Positions 13,937-25,178 of a stretch of DNA of 64,000 nucleotides are shown in pieces. A program made the translations under genes and the position numbers. The notes under the pieces were generated by a model that did no database searches, was not told the origin of the DNA, and saw nothing but the letters and a program-made list of their open reading frames with translations. This DNA comes from Marsupella aquatica (lineage: Eukaryota; Plantae; Marchantiophyta), in NCBI GenBank assembly GCA_973895155.1, contig OZ316891.1, positions 5,489,708 to 5,553,707 of the forward strand, in the 5' to 3' direction. Within the stretch, counting starts at the first letter, position 1; each line of letters starts with the position of its first letter.

Positions 13937-16900
13937 ATGGAGGGCGGTACTGTACAGTTTCTTGTCTTCCTTTTGATCATCATCCTCATCAAGGAGAGTT
14001 GGGGTGCCAATGCTGTGAGTTTGGATGTTTATCCTCGGTCCATGAGCAAGTCTGGAGACACCGTGACAGTATCTTGGGCAGGTGTCACAGCTCCGTCAGA
14101 ACTGGACTTTCTTGGGATATACACTCCTCCAGACTCGGAACATGAGAATTTCATTGGCTGGATAGCGCTTTCCTCGTCTCAAGGATGGGAGTCGGGGTCG
14201 GGCACTGTGGACATTCCTTTGGTGAACATGAGGACGCCGTATCAGTTTCGCTTGTTTGGTGGAAAAGCAATCAAGAATGTGAGCGAATCGACACCCGTGG
14301 ATGAGGATGGAGATCCAATTCCAACAACAGACGCCTTCCTGACTTCGAGTGTCACCATTCAATTCACAAACTATAACGAGCCTACTCAAATTCATCTCGC
14401 TCTGACTGCGAACGCCATGGAGATGAGGGTCATGTTTGTAACTAGGGACGCAATTCAGAGCCTTGTCAAATATGGAGATGAAAGCTCACGTCTGAACTCG
14501 GTGTCCAGGGCATCAGCTGAGACATATCGTCAGGCGCACATGTGTGACTCCCCTGCAAATTCTCCTCATGGCTGGAGAGACCCAGGCATTATCCACGATG
14601 CAGTCATGGAGAAGCTTGCTCCAGGAAAACGCTACTTTTATCAGGTTGGTCTTGGGATCTTGCGCTACCTCTTGACGCCATCCCTTTACTCCAGAGATCT
14701 CTCTTCACATCTATCCTGGACGAAGTGAACGGTTTACGAACCACAAACTCAGTGAGCAGCAATGCCTTTGCCCGTTGTCTCGATCTTTTTGGGGTCGATG
14801 CAAGTAGGGCTTGTACGAATAGCCTGTAGTAGAAAACCTACGAGTAGAACATCGATCGAATAGTTCTCTGCAACGAGGTGTAAGATAATGACTACGAATG
14901 TCTATTAATTGCTCTGGTAAACGATTATGACTCGGCTGCAAGTGGGGCCGGTCGTGCGTTTGCATTTTTGACTCGAGGAGCTGATGTCTCATCTGCTCAG
15001 AATTTCTTAGTTGGTCCGCCATTGTCAGTCAACATTCAGGTGGCGAGCTATGTACATTTCTAATCCCATGGCCAGATTGGGTTCCCGGGATTGCAAATTT
15101 AATTCGTTCCCTTCATTCCTCCATAAGCAGCCTTGTTGATGGGCTCGGTAATATTTTGGAGTACTTGGCGTATGCTGTCGATTGTCTGTCTGAAAGTTCC
15201 GGCAAGGGCTGGTTCCTACAGCGAAGTATGGTGATTGCAATGTTTGGTGTGGATGCAATATCGCGTTTGATGTATCACCTTGCGTCTTCTCGTGGAAGAA
15301 GAACGTCCAGCTGACTGGTGTCTTTCAGTTACTCCACACCTCACTTCACAAATTCCTGCAGTCGGTGTGTTCTTGAATGTACTGAGTTCAATCATACCTT
15401 CTTTTTGGAAGTGGGAGCTCTACAAAATACCGCAAAAGCCAGCTCATTGGTTTTTGTCAAAGTTACTCTCCAGCTTACTTGAGATTTCTGCGCTTTGTTC
15501 GTGGATATAAAGAGTTCATCTACGCCTTTCTTCCGATAGTAGTAAGGACCGGTGTGAAGTGGTGTACAAATAGCCACCATCTTACTTTCCTTCAGGTTGG
15601 TCAGTGTTCTTTCCCAGTCGAGTCTTAGTCTTCTTCTCGGTTTGGCGGATCGGGGAATAACTCTCCCTCACACACAACACACTATCTCTGTCTGGCTGTC
15701 TGTCTGTCTCTCGTCCTCACATACAGACTGATTTTCCTTCGGCTCCTGGAGAGCTAATTGTTCACCTATAGGTGTTATGCAGTTGATGCTGCGATCGTAT
15801 TTGTTAACTAATGGTTGTTTCCCTCTTTCTGGCCAGGTTGGCAGCGAACAAGGAGGATGGAGTGATGTTTACAGTTTTGTGCTCCCAGATGCATTCGCTG
15901 ACGAAACAGATGCACTGCTTTTCGGAGACATGGGAACGACTGCCCCTTACAAAACCTTCTTGTGGCTGCAAGCCGAAAGTGAACGGACTCTGTACTGGTT
16001 GCAAAGAGATATTCAAGAGCTTGGGGACAAGGCGGTCTTCATATCTCACATAGGGGATATAAGCTACGCAAGGGGGTACGAATGGTTGTGGGATGAGTTT
16101 TTTCATCGGATTCAACCTGTGGCCTCACAAGTTGCTTATCATGTTTGTATTGGTAATCATGAATACGACTGGCCCTTGCAGCCGTGGAAACCAGACTTCG
16201 CAAGTTATGGTACTGATGGCGGTGGTGAGTGTGGTGTGCCATACAGCTTGAAATTTCACATGCCTGGCAACTCTTCCTTGGCAACAGGGAACTCTGCCCC
16301 TGCAACCCGCAACCTGTACTACTCTCTTTCAGTTGGGGTGGTTCATTTCTTGTACTTTTCGACGGAAACCAATTTCTTATCAGGCAGTGAGCAGCATACT
16401 TTTATTGAGGAGGACCTGAGGAATGTAGATAGAGGAAGAACTCCGTTTGTCGTTGTCCTTGGTCACCGACCCATGTACACCACCGATATGGACAAGGGCT
16501 CAACATTCTTGTTCAAGGTTAAGATGATTGAGAATCTTGAGCCATTGTTTCTCAAGTACAATGTGAACCTAGTACTTTGGGGTCATGTGCACAAGTATGA
16601 GCGTACTTGTGCCATCCAAAACTTCACGTGTCCGGACACAAACTCCTCAACTACTTCGCCTCAGCCACCGGTGCATGTTGTTATTGGCATGGGAGGACAA
16701 GACTGGCAACCTTCATGGGAGCCTCGAGGAAGCCATCCAGAAGACCCAATCTTTCCCCAGCCCATGTGGTCTCTTTATCGAAGTTCTGAGCTTGGATACG
16801 TGAGACTCCATGCGACAAGATCGTTATTAACTTTGTCATACATCGGTAACCATGATGGACAAATTCATGATGTTCTGGAGGTCCACTCAAATCACGAGTC

Positions 16901-17087
16901 CTCCTGTGTCTCTTGTCGTGAAAGCAGGTGGCAGTGGTATGTGTGTTTCGCGTTGTTTGCATTCGGTGTGGCTATTTTAGCTGCTACCATCAAGACCTGC
17001 CTTGCTAGGCGGCTGTCTCGATTGCAGCATGCTGTGCCGCTGAAAACTGCCTTTACTGAACTGAGAAGTTATGATGCCACTTTGTAA
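13937..17087 (+). CDS. Purple acid phosphatase, PAP2/PAP9-like (signal peptide, metallophosphoesterase, C-terminal TM helix)
   Basis: Exons 13937-14644 and 15837-17087 (GT-AG, phase 0, RYFYQ|VGSEQ). All five PAP metal-ligand motifs present: GDMG, GDISY, GNHE, VLGH, GHVH. Hydrophobic N-terminus and C-terminal [21 protein letters not shown]. Confidence 0.95.
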
Positions 17088-19978
17088 GATAGTTTGTGGC
17101 TGGCTGCAAAAACAAGGCTCTTGTTTCCCAATTCGTTTCGGGGTAGGGAATAACAGGCAGTCCCGCATATTGCGGTGGAGGGGCACCAGTCTCCTTCGAG
17201 CTGCTACGGGTCGCTAGGACTCCATTGTATATACTGAGGATGTAAACTACTGTTGAGGCACGGGGATGAAGGGAATAGGAGGGGATCATTGTCCTCACAA
17301 TTGCAACCGGTTTGACAGGGATATTGAACCGACTTGAAGATAGTCCATTTCCATGCGACGTTGGACCTCGTAAGACTGCAACATTACGCCTGGTCTTACT
17401 TAAGATCCTCGCAAATTTTACTAACATCCATGTTTCCGAAATCTGGAAGGAGTGGATTAAGGGTTTTCCTTATCGAGCCAGTTTTGCAATTTGGAACAGC
17501 TACCAATTGAGTAGTGAACCATATCTGTACATACGACACGTTCCTTACAGCACATCACAAGAAAAGACACCCTTTTGGTAGGCTTTCAGTTTCAAGGCAT
17601 TGCTTTCGACTCTTACATCTGAGCATTGTGTTATCTCAAGAAAACCGCATGCTGGCAATTATTACGCAAACAAGATTGTATTCTTTGCCTGATTTTTTTT
17701 ATGGCATGCACTTTCTGCCAATTCTGCCTGATCCAACATTTGGTGAAGTGTCGTCTAGCCGATGGGCATCTTGATCCTACATTTTTTGAAACGGCCAAAA
17801 TGTATTTACTTGTTCTCCATTGTTATTTTGTTTGTAGTGCATGATGGAAACTAGATGGCAGCACAGGTCTTTTCGATCACTGTTTCGATCAGCATCCGAG
17901 GAGTTGACCTCCCTTCCGGATTGGTCAATGGATCCCGGAATCGCTTGACAGGGGAGCCAGACTATGATAATGCCTGTCGTTCGGACTCCAGGTCAGACAA
18001 GTGAATCTTGCCCAGACTTCCCTCTTTTGCACATTCACGGATACGGTTTTTTTCGAACTTCTTTTAATGGCAGAGACCTGAGTATGGAAAAAGGGTGAGA
18101 AAATCTATCCGTAGCACCACACATCATTTTAGAAACACAATCACTGTTGGGGGCTACTGTTTAACCTAGGCCAGTGACTTATCACGATTCACGTTATACA
18201 ATCAAATTGAAAGTTGATATTGGAATGTTCTTCAGGGTCTTGAGAGTTCTGGTAGGAGAAGCGTATTTTTCGGTGCCGTTAATCATGGTAGGTCTTCTAT
18301 ACGTTGGTCTGGACCCATACAATCAAACTGTAAGATGGGTAGTGGGAACTCCTCGAGTCGGTGTTGAGAATCTAAGCTTATCACTGGGTGCTGTAAAGCA
18401 TGGAAAGTCTTATTCCTCGTGCTCTGGACCCATCAATAGTATTGAGTGACCTTTCTGTAAAAGCTTGAGTTTTCTTTCTTACCCTTTCATTTCCAGTTTT
18501 ACATCACAGGTAAATGGACTTGTCTGTCGCATCAACGTAACTGGTATTGAGGACCTACCCACTGATTTTCGACATCAAGCTCTGAAGTATCGGGCTTCTT
18601 GTGCGAATTTATATATCTTGTCTACAGAAGCCTCTTCAATTTGCATTATGATGATTTGAATTACTCCTTGATGCTCCAAATTCATGTCATGGAAGCCTGA
18701 ACCCGTTGCTGACATGAAGGCAAAACTCCTCTAAAGAGTAAGCAGACACATCGCTATTCGTTGCGGAGTGCTCTGGAAGCTAGGACATGCACAAAGTGTA
18801 CTTCCATGACCATTGTTGGCATCTTAGGGACCCCAGTGCATCAAACACAATGGAACTCTACTATAATCTATTCAAAAATAGGAAAGCCAATTTCCACAAT
18901 TAAGGCTTGTTAGTGACGACTGCAAACTCTGGCTTAAGAGAAGATATGAAACTACCAACTAGTCAAACAGCACGTAGAGAAAGTGTTAAAATCACTAAAC
19001 CTGGAGCTAATCAGCACACAGAACAAGATCCTAAATCATCACCAACAAACAATATTGTCGGTCTAGTCAGCGGAAGAGTGCACCGGAACACAAGTACGCG
19101 TTTCCACAGCAGTCTAGTGAATACTCTGGCTGAGACTCTAGAACCACAGGCTGCAAAGCGAATTGGTATGTTCAGTATGTGTTGCAAATTGTTGTATCTA
19201 ACTAGCTTTCCACATAGAGAGGCAATCTCAATAAGAGGATTATGCCCAAAACTTAGCGTCTATCAAATCTTACTCCCATTCACATCTCTTAGTGTCGTCA
19301 TTTGGGACCATGCATCTCATGAATCTCCCGACTCGGATTCATTGTCAACGGAATCTCCAAACTGTTAGACTAAATAATGTTTGATTTTTGGCTCTGCGTG
19401 TATGCGGCCCAAAAAGACGGAATAGCAACTCCTAACTCCGAAATCCAAACTGGCATGATCATCGAGGAAGACAAACTGAAGATATACCACTAGAAATTGC
19501 ATTAGCCCTGTGAAGGAACTCATCAAACAATCTCTCTCTTTTGGCCAATACACCCTGGCAGATGAGAGAACAATCGGGACCACACAGTGAAATCTTCAAG
19601 AGAAAATCCTTTTAACATTCTAACGGCAAGACAATCTATCCGTGTTAAGCCAATTCAGGGAAAATTTCACGTCCTTACAAGAGAGGAGCAAGAGGATGGC
19701 ATACAAACCACTTTGAACACTGAAGCAGCTGACAATTGCTGACCCCTGTTCTTAAGAGATAGGTAAATTTCAGCACTGACGAAGGTTCCCAAATCAGAAT
19801 TTGAGCATAAAGAGGGAGAGTTTGATCAGATATAAACTTTATTGATCTTTACAATTACAACTTGCTCCTGGCAATACGCTTCTTCGCTCTAGCTGGTCAT
19901 GCTGCGGTAGGGCTAACATAGACAGCATTCAGCTCATTCTTGGCAAAATTTCATGCACATACATGGACAACGGCCAGC

Positions 19979-20884
19979 TCATGCCGCCAACACTTTCGCT
20001 TCCCAGCCCTTGACCACAAAAGCTTCTTCGGCTTTAGTCTTTACAAAACTTTCACGTGAAAACAGAGCCTCAATGTAGCTATGCAGGTGGGTCAAATCTG
20101 TAGGAATTGACCACTTCTTGTAATATCCCAAGGCGATCTTGAGGTGGTATAGTTTCGGTGCCAGTCCAAGGTCCAAGGCAGAAATCTTCTCTCCGTTCAG
20201 ATACGGACCATGATCCTTCAAGTATGCGTCTAGTGCTTTGAGCTCCTCCACGAGAGCCTGCTCTTTGCCATCACTGGGATCCTTGCTGACCAAGAATTGC
20301 ACAAATGCCCCAAAAAGCTTGCCTCCAACTGGGGCTGGAGGAGCTGCAAGAGTTGGCTCAGGAAACTTCTTCTCCAGAAGTTCTGTGATCACATCCGAGT
20401 CAGCAACCCACTTCCCCTCGTCCTTGATCACCGGAACCTTCCCTTCCGGATTGGCTTCCAAGAACCAGGCCGGCTTGTTAGAGGTGTCAATGTACTTCGC
20501 TTCATATGGGACACCCTTCTCCTCCAATGTCAGCAGCACCCTCTGAGAAAATGGGCAATCCCCCAGTTGATCCGGGTGCCCAGTAGCCGCCTTCACGAGG
20601 ACCTCCACAGGAGCAGCCATGGAAACCACTTCGTTCTTCCTCCCTCCCACGACCCTCGAAGAGCTCTTCCGAGCTGAAACCCGGATCGACAAACCCCACA
20701 CAGAAGACGACGAAGGGGACACCGACAGCCTTGAGTTGGTAAATCCCGAAGACACAGCAATCGGAGGAGTGGCAAGAAGATTGGAGGAAGGCACCCACAA
20801 ACGCTGCTTGGCCAAAGACGAGTGGAGATTTCGCACAGCACCCACAGTAGCAGCAGATGACGAGACCTGCTGGAGCACCCGCAT
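19979..20884 (-). CDS. DHAR: Dehydroascorbate reductase (GST DHAR class) with N-terminal transit-peptide-like extension; single coding exon
   Basis: Uninterrupted 301-aa ORF: VEVLVKAATGHPDQLGDCPFSQRVLLTLEEK, KPAWFLEANPEGKVPVI, WVADSDVI, DLGLAPKLYHL, VVKGWEAKV. Ser/Arg-rich N-terminal ~88 aa. Confidence 0.97.
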   Translation of the reverse strand: MRVLQQVSSSAATVGAVRNLHSSLAKQRLWVPSSNLLATPPIAVSSGFTNSRLSVSPSSSSVWGLSIRVSARKSSSRVVGGRKNEVVSMAAPVEVLVKAATGHPDQLGDCPFSQRVLLTLEEKGVPYEAKYIDTSNKPAWFLEANPEGKVPVIKDEGKWVADSDVITELLEKKFPEPTLAAPPAPVGGKLFGAFVQFLVSKDPSDGKEQALVEELKALDAYLKDHGPYLNGEKISALDLGLAPKLYHLKIALGYYKKWSIPTDLTHLHSYIEALFSRESFVKTKAEEAFVVKGWEAKVLAA

Positions 20885-21340
20885 CTCTTCTCTCTCTCTC
20901 TGTGTCTATTCTCTTATTCGAGAAAGTGAACTAGCACTGCTAATCGTCTGTACTGCACGATTGTTATGCTTGAGCACGAGTTCTACAGTAGGATTGTGTG
21001 AGCATCCGAGGCCAAGGCCAGACAGAGATCTGTACAATTCATTTGCAGTAAGGAAATTTTGGTGGAGTGTTCCCTGTAATGAATGTCAGTGAGCTGACAA
21101 CAAGTCCTTTGCATCTTTGTCCAAGTTCAAGCAAGCTTGTCCACATACAGTGCACAGACTACTGGCTATGGCTGCGGTGATCCGCTCTGTGTGTGGTACG
21201 ACTATGATCCTGTAGGTATCAATTATGATTTTTGCCTTGAACTTCGATTATTATATAATAATACGTTCGTACGGCCCAACAGACGTAATGATATCTTGGT
21301 CATAACCACGTCAGAAGACGGGGAAGACCGGTATCAGACC

Positions 21341-21630
21341 AGCTTTTTTTTAGTGGAGAAAATTCCCCGAATTACACCTCCCCAAACATCTTTCGGGTCA
21401 CTTTTGGCTAAAATTAGCCAGTGTTTCACCTAATCATTAGCCCCATTAGTCAGAAACTAATAGTCATCCTTAAATATACCTTATAATATAGGCATATCTA
21501 ATGGTCAACCTTAAATATAGGGATATCTGACGAACAGGAACGTAATTGAAAGGGAAATTTTTTGAGCATCTTCTCCTTCACATAGTTTACATTGGCCACA
21601 GTGGCTACAAAAGTAAGATCCTTAAAAAAT
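21341..21630. repeat. Dispersed degenerate repeat family, copy upstream of DHAR
   Basis: Colinear similarity to 7871-8295 (GCTTT..TTTTTAGTGG..AAATTCC; CCCCATTA..CAGAA; GTCATCC.TAAAT; AGCATCTTCTCC). Confidence 0.55.
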
Positions 21631-21779
21631 AGGATGATAATCAGACCCCAAACCAGACAAATGACCCATACTCCGTGACCAGACAAATGACCAATACCTC
21701 CTGACGAGACCTAATGCTGGTTGCAGTGAGACTGACTGCAGGCTATGTTTGAGACCCGTTGTTAATGAGCAAGATTGTT

Positions 21780-21924
21780 GTACTCTACCGTAGTATGCCA
21801 ACCCCCTTTGTGGGCCACCCATACAATATACTTGATTAACCCAGGTGCTGGACCCCCTTTGTGGGCCACTCATGTTGTATGACTTTTTGGATGTAATTCA
21901 ATGAGTTTTTTCAAGGCAAAAAAA
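21780..21924 (+). mobile_element. Probable non-LTR retroelement 3' end fragment with A-tail
   Basis: Ends GGGCCAC..TTGTATG..AATTCAA..TTCAAGGCAAAAAAA, matching the 3' end of the TSD-flanked insert at 47541-47839 (minus strand). 5' boundary uncertain. Confidence 0.55.
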
Positions 21925-22704
21925 GAAGCTTGTTGTACTATGTATATATTATAGCACTGTTACAAGGCATTATTAAGATGAGATATTAAGTTCAACTTTT
22001 GAGAAGCTATTAGTACCCAGAATACTCTGGTAACAGGTCCTTATACGCTAAATTAAAGGCCTGTAGGGTTTCTATATGTACTGATAAAACATCAAAGTAT
22101 TTTCATATTTGAGCTGATCAAAATCTTGGATGTGCATTCTTCTCTAGAAATGCCCTGAAAATTACAAAGAGAAAAATTACAAAAGGAAAAACAGGGAAAA
22201 TCAAAAACCAAGTTTGTGCAAACATTTGTTAACAAGGAAGATTACTCTAGTATGCCGATCAAAACCAAGCTGCAAACTTAGTTAGAGGGTTCCCTCACCA
22301 GTGAATAAACAAAGTTACACGCTTAGTTTCTGTTAAAGAAATTAAACAAATTGCTTTAGAGCTTTTGCTTTGGGAGAAAAATGTCTGTAATCTTTTGGAA
22401 GTGGACATATCATAGTCGTCCCACTGAAATAATTCCAAGGTCCTAGGATTTGTTATGTATCCAAAAAGTAGGGTTACCATGTGCTCCAACCATATATAAT
22501 TGCAATGGACAGGGGACATTCCACAATATCCATGATCTTATAGCATGATCAACTGCACTAGTTTGCAAAGTCGGTTGTTAAAAGTAAGAAGTCCAAATAT
22601 TTCTGAGCTACATCACTACTGTTGTCAGCAAGCCATGGCTATGAAAAAAACCTGCCGCACAACAGTTTGGGTCCCATTAACTGCACATCAAAATATGACA
22701 TATC

Positions 22705-22835
22705 CAGAGTATGCCATAGCTCTATACCATGATAAACTCCCATTATTTTCTTTAAATCACTGAGTGCAGAGTACGACATAGCTCCATACCATGATAAACC
22801 CCCATTTTTTTTCTTTAATTCAGTGAGTGCACACA
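22705..22835. repeat. Tandem duplication, 62-bp unit x2
   Basis: CAGAGTA..CATAGCTC.ATACCATGATAAAC.CCCATT at 22705 and 22767. Confidence 0.85.
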
Positions 22836-23185
22836 GTATATTATCACATTTTGATGTGTGATTAGCAAACAAAACTTTGTTTGTGGCATGCAAAACACGT
22901 ACCTCCAATTAGCCCGGGGATATGAGGGTTGGTCCCTTTGGAAAGGTAAATCTCTTGGTATTGAACTGTCAAGTCAGCCATGAGCGTACCAGATATATTA
23001 AATTCTTGCTTAGACAGAAGAGATATGGATCTACTCCTCTTGCCGTAGCAATTATTTGGATTTAGGTGTCTCAACATAGGTCAAGAGTAGTTCTGTCATA
23101 TCTATATACAATACAATTGGTGTGTAGCATCTTGTAGAGGTAGACTTTGTACAATGGCTCTATTTGGATCGACAATGCCTCAGTT

Positions 23186-25178
23186 TCATATATCATTGTT
23201 GATTTCGTAATCATCTATCTGAAGGTTCGTTCCAAGCTGCTCGATGTTCCCTGCCGTCCTCCTGCTAACAAAGTATCCGTAATTGTAGCGATTATATTTG
23301 GGAAGTTCGCCATCATGCAGCAACTCTGGCACTGGATAAATGTCTGTGGTTGGGGTAGGACCTAGAAAAAGGGGAAACGAGAATCGCGCTTTGTTCTCGT
23401 TCACCACCACTTGGTGCTCAATACTACGATACCTCTTGTTGGTCCAGACCTGCACGCATGCAAACAACACCACAGCTCAATAGTTACCGAGGTGCAGAAA
23501 CATTCACAAAATTTTTGCTATTGTATATGAGATTGCAGGCTTGACAATCTATACACTGCCGGTTGCTTTGAGGTGAAGAAAAATTCACAAAATGTAGTCC
23601 GGTTATGAGATTGTAAGCTTTGCAATCTCCACACTGAGGATGCTGTTTGCTTCGACATCGAAGAAAAATTCACAAAACTTTTGCTATTATGCCATTGTAA
23701 GCTTTGCAATCTCTACACGACGCCAAAGAGATTTAATGGAATCAACAAACATTTACATGTGTTCTAGTAACATTGTAAGTTTATAACTTAGTTTTCTACA
23801 GTTCGCAGGATGCAAGCTATGTCGCACAAATTTAGATATATACTGTAGGAGCGGTGTTTTGTTCCCAATGTCCAATACAAATGCTGTATGTTATTTTAAG
23901 CACCTAGAATTTTCTGCAAGCCCAAACTGCTGCACGATAACTTGGAAGGAACAGCCAAGTAGCTAGGGAGGAAGAGCATACCTGAAACAAATCACCGAGG
24001 TTGATGACGAAGGCATCTCGCCTGGGTTTCACCCCAATCCAGTCCCCGTTCTTGCTGCGGACCTGAAGCCCTCCCGTCTCGTCCTGAACCAATACTGTCA
24101 GAGCACTGCCATCTCTGTGCCTACTTACTCCAAGAGCGAGACCTGGGATTGGGCACGGTGGGTAGTAGTTCAGTCGGATTGCTCCACTGTTGTGCGGTTC
24201 GAAGTACGGTACGAAATGGTCCTCAGGTAGGCCTAGGCTCCGAGTGATCAGTTTCAACAGCTTGAATGCCAGGCCTTCCGTTGCCTTGGAATACTCCTCA
24301 CAAGCTTCCCTGCAACAAGAATGGGTATGGGTCATTAGAATCTTTTAGAATCCAAAGAGATGCCTGCTGATACGAGAATGGAAGCCGTTTCATACATTAA
24401 GAGTTTTACGAGTGCTTGACATTATAACTTGTCATACAATGGGTCATTTCTGTTGATCGACTTCTATAACTTACTGCAAGAATCTGAAAATTGATTTGAC
24501 TTGAAAAATCTTGAAAGCGCAGCCAGAGAACGGTTTAAAAGAGTGGCATTCTCGTCGTGATCGAACAGAATAATAGTCCTAAGTTTAGGACCATACACAC
24601 TTAGGACACAGATCCACTCCTTACCGAAATCCTTCAGGTTTCTGAGGCCACTGATTCTGCAAGTTGTACTTAGTAGTGTAGACAGAATCCGAATCATGCG
24701 GTGGTCTGAGTTTGAAGTCGAACACCTCCTTCCAGTCTCGATGTTCCTTGGTGTACTCCTGATGAAAGTAGCCAGTTGGTTGAGTCTTGGTTCGAGTGAT
24801 CGTTTTCTTCTCCTCGAGAGGCAGCAAGAAGAACGCCAGCGCTTCCTTCTCTAGGGTGTCCACGATGCTCAGAGGCACACCGTGGTTGATGACTTGGAAA
24901 AAACCCCAATGCTTGGCCGCACTTCCAATCTGATCCACCACCTTCCGTGTCCCCACTTCGTCGCCGTTAAGAATGGGCTGCAGGTCTATCAAGGGAATTT
25001 GCTCTTCGGTCGACTCGAAGAACTCATCGTGCTTGGTTTTGGGCCGGAATTCTGGGTCAAGCACAAACTCTGGGTCTGTCGGGTCGAGTACTGCTCGATC
25101 AATTTTCAGTTTCTCGAAGGTACGGTCCAGCTCTGGGTGGGCGTTAGCTGCAGTGTCCACTTTGCCTTCGAGTCCCAT
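23186..25178 (-). CDS. 2-oxoglutarate/Fe(II)-dependent dioxygenase (DOXC class, At3g19000/At3g19010-like), copy A
   Basis: Exons 25178-24625, 24309-23982, 23449-23186 (GT-AG). WGFFQVINHG, RDWKEVFD, IRLNYYPPCP, HRD (HxD), distal His in SIEHQV, RFS (RxS). Confidence 0.95.
23500..23720. repeat. Degenerate ~80-85-bp tandem repeat x3 in intron 2 of dioxygenase A
   Basis: ATTCACAAAA...ATTG(C/T)A(G/A)GCTT..CAATCT..ACAC recurs at about 23502, 23583 and 23668. Confidence 0.7.

Noticed and set aside
20238-21092. Long plus-strand ORFs over DHAR (and similar antisense ORFs over PAP and the dioxygenases)
   Set aside because: Shadow ORFs on the antisense strand of well-supported genes.
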